Shown here piece by piece: positions 48,166 through 57,792 of a DNA stretch of 64,000 nt; the stretch's first letter is position 1, and each line of letters opens with the position of its first letter. The stretch spans positions 1,216,001-1,280,000 of the forward strand of contig CAVSHR010000004.1 in the NCBI GenBank assembly GCA_963727625.1, read 5' to 3'. The stretch is from an uncultured delta proteobacterium. GTDB taxonomy: Bacteria; Desulfobacterota; Binatia; UBA9968. The notes beneath the pieces were generated by a model, which was not told the origin of the DNA, did not search any database, and worked only from the letters and a program-made list of their open reading frames with translations. Made by a program: the position numbers and the translations under genes.

Positions 48166-49332
48166 TTAGCGCAAGTCCCCCGCCGTTGCCACGCTGATCG
48201 CGCCATTGATTTCATCTTGAACTTCGCCGTTGACTTCGACCCGCAATCGCCTTTGGAGTGCGTCGAGCATCGAGCGCAAGCCGATCTGTCCCAGGGCCCA
48301 AGCCGCGTGCCCGCGCACCAAAGGCTCGTCGTCATCGAGCGCGCGAATCAACGCCGCCTCGGCTTCCACGGACTTGAGATTGCCGAGAGCCACCGCGACG
48401 TTGCGCAGTAGTCCCCGCCGTTTCGCACGGAGAATCGCGCTGCCGCGGAAGCGCCGGCGAAACTCCTCCGAAGTAAGGGCTAAAAGCCCGATCAACTCGG
48501 GCGCGTGCAAACCGGCTCTCGGCTGGAATGCAGTTTCGGCGCTGGCCGGAGCTTTTACGTTGTACGGGCAAACTTCCTGGCAAATGTCGCAGCCGAAAAT
48601 ATGATTGCCGATCAGCGGCCTTAGATGCAGCGGAATCGAACCTTTTAATTCGATGGTCAGATAGGAGATGCAACGCCGCGCATCGAGCAGGTAGGGTCCG
48701 ATGAACGCGCCGGTCGGACAGGCCTTCAGGCAAAGCTCACAGCGACCGCACCGATCACGGACCGGCCGGTCATAGACGAGCGGCAGGTCGAGAAATAACT
48801 CACCCAGAAAAAACCATGAGCCGCGGCGCGGCGAAATTAGATGTGTGTTCTTACCAATCCAGCCGAGCCCGGCAACACCAGCCAGATCCCTTTCCAATAC
48901 CGGACCGGAATCGACGAATGCGCGCCCTTGCACCGGTCCGCCATGCAATTTTGTGATGTGATCGAGCAACTCATCGAGCCGGCGCCTAATCAAATCGTGA
49001 TAGTCATCGCCCCAGGCATAGCGCGAGATCCAACCGCTCGATCCGCCGCTTGGATCGGGACGTGGTAACGGCTTGTAATAATTCATGCCGACCGAAACCA
49101 CGGAGGCGGCCCAGGGCACCAAGATTTTTGGATCGCGCCGGAGCATCTCGGTCCGTTTCATGTAAGCCAACTCGCCGGCCAGCCCCCGGCGCAGCCAGCG
49201 CGCGAAGGATTCCTCGTGCGCCGGCAGCTGCACCGCCGAGATACCGACCAGCTCGAAGCCCAACCCTTCAGCCGTTTCCTTGATGCGCCGAGACAGCTTG
49301 GCAACGACCTGCTCAGGGAAATGGTTCATCAC
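48166..49332 (-). CDS. queG: Epoxyqueuosine reductase
   Basis: SRYAWGDDYH, FVDSGPVLER, CGRCELCLKACPT, RCISYLTIE and GCDICQEVCP motifs; C-terminal HEAT repeats. Confidence 0.96.
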   Translation of the reverse strand: MMNHFPEQVVAKLSRRIKETAEGLGFELVGISAVQLPAHEESFARWLRRGLAGELAYMKRTEMLRRDPKILVPWAASVVSVGMNYYKPLPRPDPSGGSSGWISRYAWGDDYHDLIRRRLDELLDHITKLHGGPVQGRAFVDSGPVLERDLAGVAGLGWIGKNTHLISPRRGSWFFLGELFLDLPLVYDRPVRDRCGRCELCLKACPTGAFIGPYLLDARRCISYLTIELKGSIPLHLRPLIGNHIFGCDICQEVCPYNVKAPASAETAFQPRAGLHAPELIGLLALTSEEFRRRFRGSAILRAKRRGLLRNVAVALGNLKSVEAEAALIRALDDDEPLVRGHAAWALGQIGLRSMLDALQRRLRVEVNGEVQDEINGAISVATAGDLR

Positions 49333-49414
49333 CGAATTCTATTTGCCCTTTTACCGATCGACAAGCACAGGCCCGGCTCGTAGCACCGCGATTTCGCCAC
49401 GGCCAAGGACCGAA

Positions 49415-49864
49415 TTAATGATAGGAGACGTTGTCGTCAGGATCGGAGTCTTCACCATCAAGCAGCGGTTTACGCCCGGCGAAACCGTCTTCGATGCGAT
49501 GCCAAAAACTCACGGTCGGTTCGCCGATCTGCCAACAAAGAAAAACCACCTCGGTGCCGAGCATGCAGGGAAAGTCGATCAACCCCTGCTCCACGCCCTT
49601 GCACACACAGCCATAGGCGTTGACTTCGTCGACCCAGCCGGTGACCTGTCCGATGAGTTTGGCGATCTCGCCGTCCTCGCGAAGCCGGTTCATGAGATTG
49701 GGCGCCTCGGGGTCGAGATGCTCTCTGCGGATCGTCGTTTCACTGGTGCTCTTCAAGCGCCGAACATTTTCGAGAATCTGTTCGACGAGCGGGCGCAGCT
49801 TGGGCAACAATGCGTTGGCTTCGTTGACGGTAAAAAGCCGCGGGTAATTAGGCGAAAAAACCAT
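49415..49864 (-). CDS. DUF2203 family protein
   Basis: FTVNEANALLP, GLIDFP, LCWQIGE and WHRIEDGFAGRKPL motifs. Confidence 0.88.
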   Translation of the reverse strand: MVFSPNYPRLFTVNEANALLPKLRPLVEQILENVRRLKSTSETTIRREHLDPEAPNLMNRLREDGEIAKLIGQVTGWVDEVNAYGCVCKGVEQGLIDFPCMLGTEVVFLCWQIGEPTVSFWHRIEDGFAGRKPLLDGEDSDPDDNVSYH

Positions 49865-49925
49865 GAGCAGATGCTTCCATCCAGTGAATCTTTAATTCGC
49901 GCCGTCTTTTTTCGACCCGCCGCCG

Positions 49926-51224
49926 TTACAGATTCATACCGCTGCGAATCTGCTTGAGCAAGGCGATGTTATCCGAGTGGCCGGTCATACAGGCTGAAAT
50001 CGCGCCGCGGAGCGGCCGGCCGAGCAGATAGAAATCGCCCAAAATATCCAAAATTTTATGGCGCGCGAGTTCATTGGCGAAGCGCAAATCCGTATTGATG
50101 ATTTTATCGTCGCCGATGATGATGCAATTGTTGAGCTTGCCGCCGCCCGCCAAGCCCATGGTTTGCAGTTTTTCGATATCGCGCATGAACCCGAAGGTGC
50201 GCGCCGGGGCAATTTCCGCTTTGAAAAAATCCAGCCCTTGGAACTGGTAGGTGTGCTCTTGTTCGCCCACCGGCTCGGGATAGCGCAACAAATAATGCAC
50301 CGAAAAAGATTCCGCCGGCGCGATGCTGATCGACTCGCCGTTCTTGGTGTGGATTTCGTACGGTTGGTCAATGACGATCTCGGTACATTGTTCGGACTGC
50401 TCCTCGATACCGGCTTCTTCGATCGCCTGACAAAACTCGATCGCCGACCCGTCCATGATTGGCACTTCGCCTTGGACCTTCACGAGCAAATTAGTGATCC
50501 CATAACTGTGCAGCGCGGCGAGAAAATGCTCCACGGTCCCCACGGCAAAACCCTTGGAACGCAACGAGGTTGCGTAGCCGGTTGAGCCGACGTAATCAAG
50601 GTGCGCCGGCAGCGTCACGTCGCCGGAAATTCCGGTAAACAAAACGCCGCGATTGGCCGGTAGCGGATGGAGAATCAAGCCGGTTTTGACACCCGAGTGA
50701 AGCCCCTGTCCGGAGAGCACCACGCTTTTTTTCAGGGTCTTCTGTTTGATCGCCTGCGAGGCCGCGCCGTCTCTCGGCGCCGCCGTCTTTGTTGGCCGGC
50801 CTTTGCGCGTCCCGTTCGCCGGTTTTTTATGCGCTTCAGTTCCCGGCATCGGGCCGAGAGCGCGCTGCACCGTGAGCAAAAGACCCTCCAGCGAAACCGG
50901 CTTTTCGATGAAGTCAAAAGCGCCGAACTTGGTGGCGGTCACAGCGGTGTGAATATTGCCATGCCCCGAAACCATCACGACGTTGATCGCCGGTTCTTCG
51001 GTTTTAATCTCCCTGAGTAAGCCGATGCCGTCCACCTGGGGCATCCAGATATCCAGCAAAACCAATTCCGGTTTCTCTTGCTTGATCATCTCCAGCACGC
51101 GGGTGCCGTCGGCCGTATCGACGACCCGGTAACCTTCGTCGGTCAAGACCTCGCGCACCGATTCGCGCACGCCGTCTTCGTCGTCGACGACTAGAATCGT
51201 TTTTTGCGTAATCAATTCTTCCAC
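49926..51224 (-). CDS. lpxC: Response-regulator receiver domain fused to UDP-3-O-acyl-GlcNAc deacetylase (REC-LpxC)
   Basis: aa about 8-123 are REC (VVDDE, LLD58IWMP, S86GHG, FIEK108P); aa about 160-432 are LpxC (QKTL, GLHSG, TVEH, EVPIMDGSA, APARTFGF, HKILD, GH); single ORF, GTG after GGAGG. Confidence 0.93.
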   Translation of the reverse strand: MEELITQKTILVVDDEDGVRESVREVLTDEGYRVVDTADGTRVLEMIKQEKPELVLLDIWMPQVDGIGLLREIKTEEPAINVVMVSGHGNIHTAVTATKFGAFDFIEKPVSLEGLLLTVQRALGPMPGTEAHKKPANGTRKGRPTKTAAPRDGAASQAIKQKTLKKSVVLSGQGLHSGVKTGLILHPLPANRGVLFTGISGDVTLPAHLDYVGSTGYATSLRSKGFAVGTVEHFLAALHSYGITNLLVKVQGEVPIMDGSAIEFCQAIEEAGIEEQSEQCTEIVIDQPYEIHTKNGESISIAPAESFSVHYLLRYPEPVGEQEHTYQFQGLDFFKAEIAPARTFGFMRDIEKLQTMGLAGGGKLNNCIIIGDDKIINTDLRFANELARHKILDILGDFYLLGRPLRGAISACMTGHSDNIALLKQIRSGMNL

Positions 51225-51245
51225 TCATCCTCCTGGGAAATCGGT

Positions 51246-53477
51246 CTAAAAAATTGCCGCCTTCTGGGCGATCTCATCGACGCTGGCGTCAGCGCCCACT
51301 GGAAATTCAACGGTAAAGCGGGTCCCCCTCGGCTCGTTGGGCCAAGCGCGGATGTAACCGCGATGGTCTTCGATGATTTGACTGACGATCGTCAGGCCCA
51401 GACCCGTGCCGTTCTCCTTGGTGGAAAAATACGGTTCAAATATTTTTGTCCGGATCTCCTGCGGCAAACCGCAACCGTCGTCGGCCACTTCCAGCGTTAC
51501 AACGCCGCGCGCCGGGTCATAGACCGTCGCCAGCTTGATCTCGCCTTGGCCTCTAACCGCCGCCACCCCGTTGTCCAATAGGTTGATCAACACACGCTTG
51601 ATTTGATCCCGGTCCAATTCAAGGGGCGGGATCGGCCCGGCGCGAAAATGGAAGTGAATGCCGTGATGGGCTTCTTTAAACAACACCAGAGCGTCCCGGA
51701 CAATCTCGTTGAGGTCGTTCGGCGCAAGCTGTGCCGACGGCAAGCGGGCAAACTGGGAAAATTCATTGACAAGATTTTTGAGCTCATCGACTTGCTGGAT
51801 AATCGTGCTCGTGCACTTGTCCAGGATCGCGCCGTCGCCTTCGAGCATTTTGGCGTAGCGTTTACGCAGCCGCTCCGCTGATAATTGGATCGGCGTCAGC
51901 GGATTTTTGATTTCGTGGGCGATGCGCCGGGCCACCTCTCGCCAGGCTTCCATGCGCTGGACCTTTTGAATTTGCGTGATGTCGTCGACAAACAACATCA
52001 CGCCCAAAATCGCGCCATCGTCGTCGCGTAGCGTGGCCGCGCTGACCAAAAGAGTTAGCAAGCGGTCCAACAGCGAGAGCTTGATCTCCTTCTCAACGGT
52101 TTCTCGCTCCACCACGCTGTCAACAATCTCGCGAATCTCGCGCAGCGCTTCGGCGCGAAAAACCTCGCGATAATTTTTTCCCAGCGCGTGATCGGCTTGC
52201 ACCGAGAGAATTTGCTCGGCGGCCTTATTCCAGGTGGTAATTTTGCCCGCCGGATCGACGGATACGACCCCTGCCGCAATATTGGCAAGCAGCGTTTCCA
52301 CCACCTTGCCGCGTCGCTCGAGTTCCAGCTTGATCTGCTTGAGATCACCGGTCATATGGTTAAACGAGTTCATCAGCACGCCGATTTCGTCGTCGCGGCC
52401 CGACTCGATCTTGTAATCCCAGTTTCCCTGCGCCACCTCGTGTGTGCCTTCCGCCAGCTTCTGGATCGGCACGGTAATGCCCTTTGAGAGATAGATGCCG
52501 CACCAAGTCGCCGCGAAGATGATCACCAATGTCATCAACAGCATCGTCAGAATATAGCTGTTTTTGACCGGCGTCTTGAGAAAAGTCAGATACTTGTACT
52601 GCTCGTAGGATTGTGAAATCTGCAGTGCCTGTTTGGAAATGCTCTTCGGCACGTAGTCATCGACCACCACGACGCCGCGAATGCGTCTATCGCGGTCATA
52701 GAGCGGCACGCCGCTGCGGATCACATCGCCGTCGCCGAAAACTTCCGTGCGTGTCACTTCCAGACCACGCAGTGCCCGGTCGAGAAATTCCGCTTCCGGC
52801 TTGATGACCTCGCCGGTCGGTACTTGCCGGTTAAACGCGACCACTAAGGCTTTACCGTTAGGCAAGAACACCTCTACGGTGCCGAGGTTATACTCACGCT
52901 GTTTGGCTTGAAGGAATTCTTTCAGCGCTGCCGTGCGTTGGGGATCGAAGAGACCATCGTCGGTAATCCGTTGGCTCAACTGTCGGGCATAGAAAATCGC
53001 GTTATTTGCCGAGTTTTGATAATAGGTCTGACCTATTTCCAACGAGCCCTGCAGCGCGCTTTCAACTTTGGAATCGAACCACCGGTCGAAAGACCGAGTC
53101 AACAAGCCGCCCGCGATAGCGAACAGCAGAACGCTCGGCACCAAGGAAAGCGAAACGAAAGCTAAAACCAAGCGCACTTGCAGGCGCGAACCGAGAATAC
53201 GCTGTTTGCGTTCGACGATCAGCTTGATCAAATTGCGCACAACGAGAAAAACCAGCAGACCGAGAAGAATAATATTGACGTTGATCAACAGGAAGAAAAT
53301 GATATTGCTGCCGGTGGAATTTTCCGGCGACACGTCGGGCAACTGAACTTCGAAATAAATGAGCGTGGCGACCATCAACGCGGTGACCAGGATGACGATC
53401 GCTTCGCGTTTGCGGCGCTTGCTTTCCTCCCGTTTGAGAGTCTCTTCGACGAACGTGGCGGAATTTGAGTTTGGCAT
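51246..53477 (-). CDS. NtrY-like sensor histidine kinase (TM, periplasmic sensor, HAMP, PAS, HisKA, HATPase)
   Basis: GSRLQVRL...WFD N-terminus, [36 protein letters not shown]-box, NLLDN, DDGCG and GTGLGL. Confidence 0.93.
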   Translation of the reverse strand: MPNSNSATFVEETLKREESKRRKREAIVILVTALMVATLIYFEVQLPDVSPENSTGSNIIFFLLINVNIILLGLLVFLVVRNLIKLIVERKQRILGSRLQVRLVLAFVSLSLVPSVLLFAIAGGLLTRSFDRWFDSKVESALQGSLEIGQTYYQNSANNAIFYARQLSQRITDDGLFDPQRTAALKEFLQAKQREYNLGTVEVFLPNGKALVVAFNRQVPTGEVIKPEAEFLDRALRGLEVTRTEVFGDGDVIRSGVPLYDRDRRIRGVVVVDDYVPKSISKQALQISQSYEQYKYLTFLKTPVKNSYILTMLLMTLVIIFAATWCGIYLSKGITVPIQKLAEGTHEVAQGNWDYKIESGRDDEIGVLMNSFNHMTGDLKQIKLELERRGKVVETLLANIAAGVVSVDPAGKITTWNKAAEQILSVQADHALGKNYREVFRAEALREIREIVDSVVERETVEKEIKLSLLDRLLTLLVSAATLRDDDGAILGVMLFVDDITQIQKVQRMEAWREVARRIAHEIKNPLTPIQLSAERLRKRYAKMLEGDGAILDKCTSTIIQQVDELKNLVNEFSQFARLPSAQLAPNDLNEIVRDALVLFKEAHHGIHFHFRAGPIPPLELDRDQIKRVLINLLDNGVAAVRGQGEIKLATVYDPARGVVTLEVADDGCGLPQEIRTKIFEPYFSTKENGTGLGLTIVSQIIEDHRGYIRAWPNEPRGTRFTVEFPVGADASVDEIAQKAAIF

Positions 53478-53518
53478 CGGCTATCCGGCGCTAAGGGCCT
53501 GGAAAATTTAGGAAAAGT

Positions 53519-53731
53519 CTACCTTCTAAAGAAGTAAAGGACAAGCGACACGATGACGCTGATCAAGATGCAAGTGGCAATTGGAAAATAAAAGGAATAG
53601 CGGCCGCGCTGGATCCCAATATCGCCTGGCAGATCGCCGAGCCAGGGCAGCTTGCCGGCGAGCGAAAAAATCACACCGACAACCACCAAGAACAGTCCAA
53701 GGTAAATAAGAGTCTTGCCGAATCCAGCCAT
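53519..53731 (-). CDS. DUF2905 family membrane protein
   Basis: LGDLPGDI...FYFPIATC signature, two TM segments. Confidence 0.9.
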   Translation of the reverse strand: MAGFGKTLIYLGLFLVVVGVIFSLAGKLPWLGDLPGDIGIQRGRYSFYFPIATCILISVIVSLVLYFFRR

Positions 53732-53784
53732 ATAACTAGGCTTTAAATGGAATGAATCGCCATGGTTTCGCGTGCCAAACGCAT

Positions 53785-54810
53785 CTAGAACAACGTCGGT
53801 TGTTTTCTCGGTGCGCCGCCCGCCGAAACGTTTGATTCGCGACCGAAATGATCGAAGGCCAGCCTGGTGGCGACCCGGCCGCGCGGCGTCCTCTGGATGA
53901 ACCCGGCTTGGATGAGAAAGGGCTCATAAACATCTTCGATGGTGTCCTTTTCCTCACCGATTGCCGCGGCCAGGGTCTCTACCCCGACCGGTCCGCCGGC
54001 GAACTTGTCGATCAGGGTGAGCAATAACATCGTGTCCATTTTGTCCAGCCCGAGCCGGTCGACTTCAAGCATCTGTAGCGCTTGATCGGTCACCGCTTTG
54101 GTGATCGTGCCGTCGCTTTTGACCTGAGCGTAGTCGCGCACGCGGCGCAGCAAGCGATTGGCAATGCGCGGTGTGCCGCGCGCGCGCGACGCGATCTCCG
54201 CGATGCCATCGTTTTGCTCGCGCACGCCGAGAATCGCCGCGGAGCGCTTGAGGATTAGAGACAGCGCCGCGCTGTCGTAAAAATCCAGACGATGAATATG
54301 GCCGAAACGATCGCGCAACGGAGAGGTTAAGAGTCCTGAACGGGTCGTAGCGCCGATGAGAGTGAATTTTTTTAACTCCAATTTGATCGATCGCGCCGCG
54401 GGCCCCTGGCCGACCATGATGTCGATCTGGTAGTCCTCCATCGCCGGATAGAGCACTTCTTCCACCACATGGTTCAAGCGGTGAATTTCATCGATAAAAA
54501 GAATATCGCCTTCTTCGAGATTGGTCAGCAGCGCCGCCAGGTCACCGGGGCGCTCCACCACCGGACCGGAAGTTGCCCTGATGTTCACGCCCATTTCACG
54601 CGCGATGATGTACGCCAACGAGGTTTTCCCGAGCCCCGGCGGCCCGTGAAACAAAATATGATCGAGCACGTCGCCGCGCTTACGCGCCGCGGCGATCGCG
54701 ACCTTGAGAATGGCCTTGACCTGCTCCTGGCCGACATACTCATCGAACGCGCGCGGGCGAAGGTTGACCTCGTAAGTTAGATCTTCTTCAGTTTTATTGC
54801 CGGTCAGCAT
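53785..54810 (-). CDS. ruvB: Holliday junction branch migration helicase RuvB
   Basis: [23 protein letters not shown] and RGTPR motifs. Confidence 0.98.
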   Translation of the reverse strand: MLTGNKTEEDLTYEVNLRPRAFDEYVGQEQVKAILKVAIAAARKRGDVLDHILFHGPPGLGKTSLAYIIAREMGVNIRATSGPVVERPGDLAALLTNLEEGDILFIDEIHRLNHVVEEVLYPAMEDYQIDIMVGQGPAARSIKLELKKFTLIGATTRSGLLTSPLRDRFGHIHRLDFYDSAALSLILKRSAAILGVREQNDGIAEIASRARGTPRIANRLLRRVRDYAQVKSDGTITKAVTDQALQMLEVDRLGLDKMDTMLLLTLIDKFAGGPVGVETLAAAIGEEKDTIEDVYEPFLIQAGFIQRTPRGRVATRLAFDHFGRESNVSAGGAPRKQPTLF

Positions 54811-54844
54811 GGGAATAAGGTCGGCACGAATTCGGCCAAGCGCG

Positions 54845-55438
54845 CTACGGGCTCATGCGCCGCAGCGCTTCTTTCAAAACGTTTTCCAGTGAACTCTCGC
54901 CCCGCTTGAGCACTTCGCCGACCCTCTGTTCAGCCTCAGTTCTTTTATACCCCAGATTGACCAGCGCCGAAACCGCATCCAGCATCAGCTGCGACCCGCC
55001 GTCCTGCTTTGCGCTCGCCGGCGCGGCCGGAGCCAGCGTGGCAAGTTTATCCTTGAGCTCGACGATCATGCGCTCGGCAAGCTTCCTGCCCACGCCGGGT
55101 ATCGCCACCAAGCGAACCTGATCACCTTCTTTTAAAGCCCGAGCTAATTCTTCCACCGCAATACCAGATAGAATATTGACTGCGAGCCTTGGACCGATTC
55201 CCGAGACACTGAGCAGCAGCAAAAAGAGCTGTTTTTCGCCCGGATCTTGAAAGCCAAAAAGCTGAATCGCGTCCTCGCGCACATGGGTGAAAATTTGCAG
55301 GCTCACCGAAGCCCCGACTTCAGGCAACCGATAAAACACGTTGAGCGGGATGAACACCTGATAGCCCACGCCGCCGACGTCGACAATGATTTCGCCGGGA
55401 ATCTTTTGGGCTAATCTGCCGCTGATTTGCGCAATCAC
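54845..55438 (-). CDS. ruvA: Holliday junction branch migration protein RuvA
   Basis: [30 protein letters not shown] and ALVNLGY motifs; start moved to GTG 55438. Confidence 0.96.
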   Translation of the reverse strand: MIAQISGRLAQKIPGEIIVDVGGVGYQVFIPLNVFYRLPEVGASVSLQIFTHVREDAIQLFGFQDPGEKQLFLLLLSVSGIGPRLAVNILSGIAVEELARALKEGDQVRLVAIPGVGRKLAERMIVELKDKLATLAPAAPASAKQDGGSQLMLDAVSALVNLGYKRTEAEQRVGEVLKRGESSLENVLKEALRRMSP

Positions 55439-55481
55439 GTTGACATCAAAAAAGGCAACGAAACGGCGCTCCGGGGAAGGC

Positions 55482-56075
55482 TCACCGCCGGGAAGCCGTT
55501 TCGCGATAGTTGCGCCAACTGGCCGCCTTAGCGCTACCGGGCAACGACCGCACCAGTAGGTTGTCAAATTTACGCCGGTGGATATGGCAGATCGCTGCCG
55601 CCAGAGCGTCGGCGGCGTCCGCGCGCAGCGCACCGCGCAAACATAACAGCGCGCTCACCATTTTTTGCACCTGCGCCTTGGTCGCCTGACCGTAACCGAC
55701 CACCGCCACCTTGATTTCCGCCGCCGAATACTCAGCGACGTCTATTTGATTTTCCGCCGCCGCCAGCAAGGCCACGCCGCGCGCTTGGCCGAGCTTCAGG
55801 GCGCTTTGCACGTTGCGGGAAAAAAATACTTTTTCCAGGCTCACCGCCGTGGGTTGACAGTGTTCGATGATCTCCCGCAGACCGCGATAAATCCCGCTTA
55901 AGCGTTCCGCAATGCCGAGCGACGCGGGCGCAGCGATGGTTCCATGGGAGTGGCAATGAAGCTGATTCGCGTTGACTTCGACCAAGCCCCAGCCGGTGAC
56001 AAGGGAGCCCGGGTCGATACCGAGAATGATTTCGCGATGGAGCCGCCTGGCGCTGCTCTTTAGCGTCGGCGTCAC
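55482..56075 (-). CDS. ruvC: Crossover junction endodeoxyribonuclease RuvC
   Basis: ILGIDPG, LGQARG and DAADALAAAICH motifs. Confidence 0.96.
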   Translation of the reverse strand: MTPTLKSSARRLHREIILGIDPGSLVTGWGLVEVNANQLHCHSHGTIAAPASLGIAERLSGIYRGLREIIEHCQPTAVSLEKVFFSRNVQSALKLGQARGVALLAAAENQIDVAEYSAAEIKVAVVGYGQATKAQVQKMVSALLCLRGALRADAADALAAAICHIHRRKFDNLLVRSLPGSAKAASWRNYRETASRR

Positions 56076-56079
56076 TTGT

Positions 56080-56826
56080 TCAACTCGCCTTCTCCATCAA
56101 TTCGGTGGGAATATTGAAGTTCGCAGAAACGCTTTGCACGTCGTCGTGGTCTTCGAGCTCTTCGGTAAGCTTCAAAATCTGCTCGACATGCTTGGCGTCG
56201 ACATCGACCGTGTTCTTCGGCACGAGAGTCACCTGGGCATTGGCCGCGGCAATTTTTTCCTGATCCAGGCGGTCTTTAACCGCGGCGAAATCTTCCGGCG
56301 CGGTGACGACTTCGAACATATCGTCCTCTTCGCGGACATCCTCGGCGCCGGCTTCTAGAACGATTGCCATCAGCCGCTCTTCGTCGACCTGCGATTTCTC
56401 GACCGTGATCAGTCCCTTGTTATCGAACATCCAGGCGACGCAACCGGTCTCGCCCATGTTGCCGCCATGTTTGGTAAAGAGCCGGCGAATTTCCGAAACC
56501 GTGCGATTCTTGTTGTCGGTTACAACCTGCGCGATGATCGCCGCGCCGCCCGGCCCATAGCCTTCGTACTGAATTTCTTCATAGGTAACCCCTTCAAGCT
56601 CGCCCGTACCTTTCTTAATTGCCCGCTCGATATTATCGTTCGGCATGCTGTTGCTGCGCGCCGCCAGCACCGCCGTGCGCAAGCGCGGGTTGGCATTGAT
56701 ATCGCCGCCGCCCATGCGCGCCGCAACGGTAATTTCTTTTATGAGCTTGGTGAAGACCTTGCCCTTTTTTGCATCCTTGGCAGCCTTCTTATGCTTGATC
56801 GTGCTCCACTTCGAATGACCGGACAT
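56080..56826 (-). CDS. yebC: YebC/PmpR family protein
   Basis: [22 protein letters not shown] and LEDHDDVQ motifs. Confidence 0.96.
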   Translation of the reverse strand: MSGHSKWSTIKHKKAAKDAKKGKVFTKLIKEITVAARMGGGDINANPRLRTAVLAARSNSMPNDNIERAIKKGTGELEGVTYEEIQYEGYGPGGAAIIAQVVTDNKNRTVSEIRRLFTKHGGNMGETGCVAWMFDNKGLITVEKSQVDEERLMAIVLEAGAEDVREEDDMFEVVTAPEDFAAVKDRLDQEKIAAANAQVTLVPKNTVDVDAKHVEQILKLTEELEDHDDVQSVSANFNIPTELMEKAS

Positions 56827-57099
56827 AACTTAAACCTTCCCTTTGAATTCGCTGGTAAAGTAACACAAACGACTTGCCGGGTAAACCATGTGCAGACTCC
56901 ATTACCCCTTATCCACACGACTGAAACAATCACCAGCCGTGCCTGCGATCGCGGTCGACGCACGCCGGGTTTTATCATGCAAAAATAAATGACTGCGATT
57001 GAATGGTGCAGTTTACTTTTTTCTCGCCGCGTTTTTCGCTATACTTCGGCCACGATGGGCTGTGTAATCACGTCACGCATGACTCCCGTCGGCTCTCCA

Positions 57100-57756
57100 A
57101 TGCCGTCGCGTCTTAAGCACGCGCCTCTGTTTTTTATGCTCTTGCTGATTCTGGGTTGTTCGATACCACCGAGCAAGGTTCGAGTCCCGGAGCGGTATAC
57201 AGCTCAGTTAAGCCAAACCGGAATCGCCTCTTGGTATGGCCCGGGATTCCACGGCAAAGCCACCGCCAGTGGCGATATTTATAATCAGAACGATCTGACC
57301 GCAGCGCACCAAACCCTGCCGCTCGGCACCCGTGTCATGGTCACGAACCTGGAAAACGGCCGTGCCGCCGAAGTGACCATCAACGACCGCGGTCCTTTCG
57401 CGAAAAGCCGTATCATCGATCTCTCCTATTCAGCGGCGCAATCACTCGATATGGTCGGACCCGGCACAGCGTTGGTTCGCGTCGACGTGATCGATAGTCC
57501 GACCAAGATTCAAACCATCCGTTCTTCTCTCGATTACACGCTGCAACTGGGTTCTTTCGCGCAACTCGAAAACGCCCAGCAGCTGCGCAATCGCCTGGCA
57601 AAATCATTCCGCGACGTGGTGATCGCGCCGTTACTGTCCAAAGACGCCACCTACTACCGGGTGCACTTGGGAAAATTTGCCAGCCGCTCGGATGCCGAAG
57701 AGCAGGCACGGCAGGTGTCCCAAGCCGGCTATTCGGTCATCATCATGGAGCAGTAG
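57100..57756 (+). CDS. rlpA: Septal ring lytic transglycosylase RlpA family (DPBB plus SPOR)
   Basis: Lipobox ILGC; ASWYG, TAAHQTLP, INDRGP and IDLS motifs; SPOR domain (LQLGSF); start uncertain. Confidence 0.92.
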   Translation: MPSRLKHAPLFFMLLLILGCSIPPSKVRVPERYTAQLSQTGIASWYGPGFHGKATASGDIYNQNDLTAAHQTLPLGTRVMVTNLENGRAAEVTINDRGPFAKSRIIDLSYSAAQSLDMVGPGTALVRVDVIDSPTKIQTIRSSLDYTLQLGSFAQLENAQQLRNRLAKSFRDVVIAPLLSKDATYYRVHLGKFASRSDAEEQARQVSQAGYSVIIMEQ

Positions 57757-57792
57757 GTAGATGAACCTAATCGGCTAAAAGTTACCTCTAAA

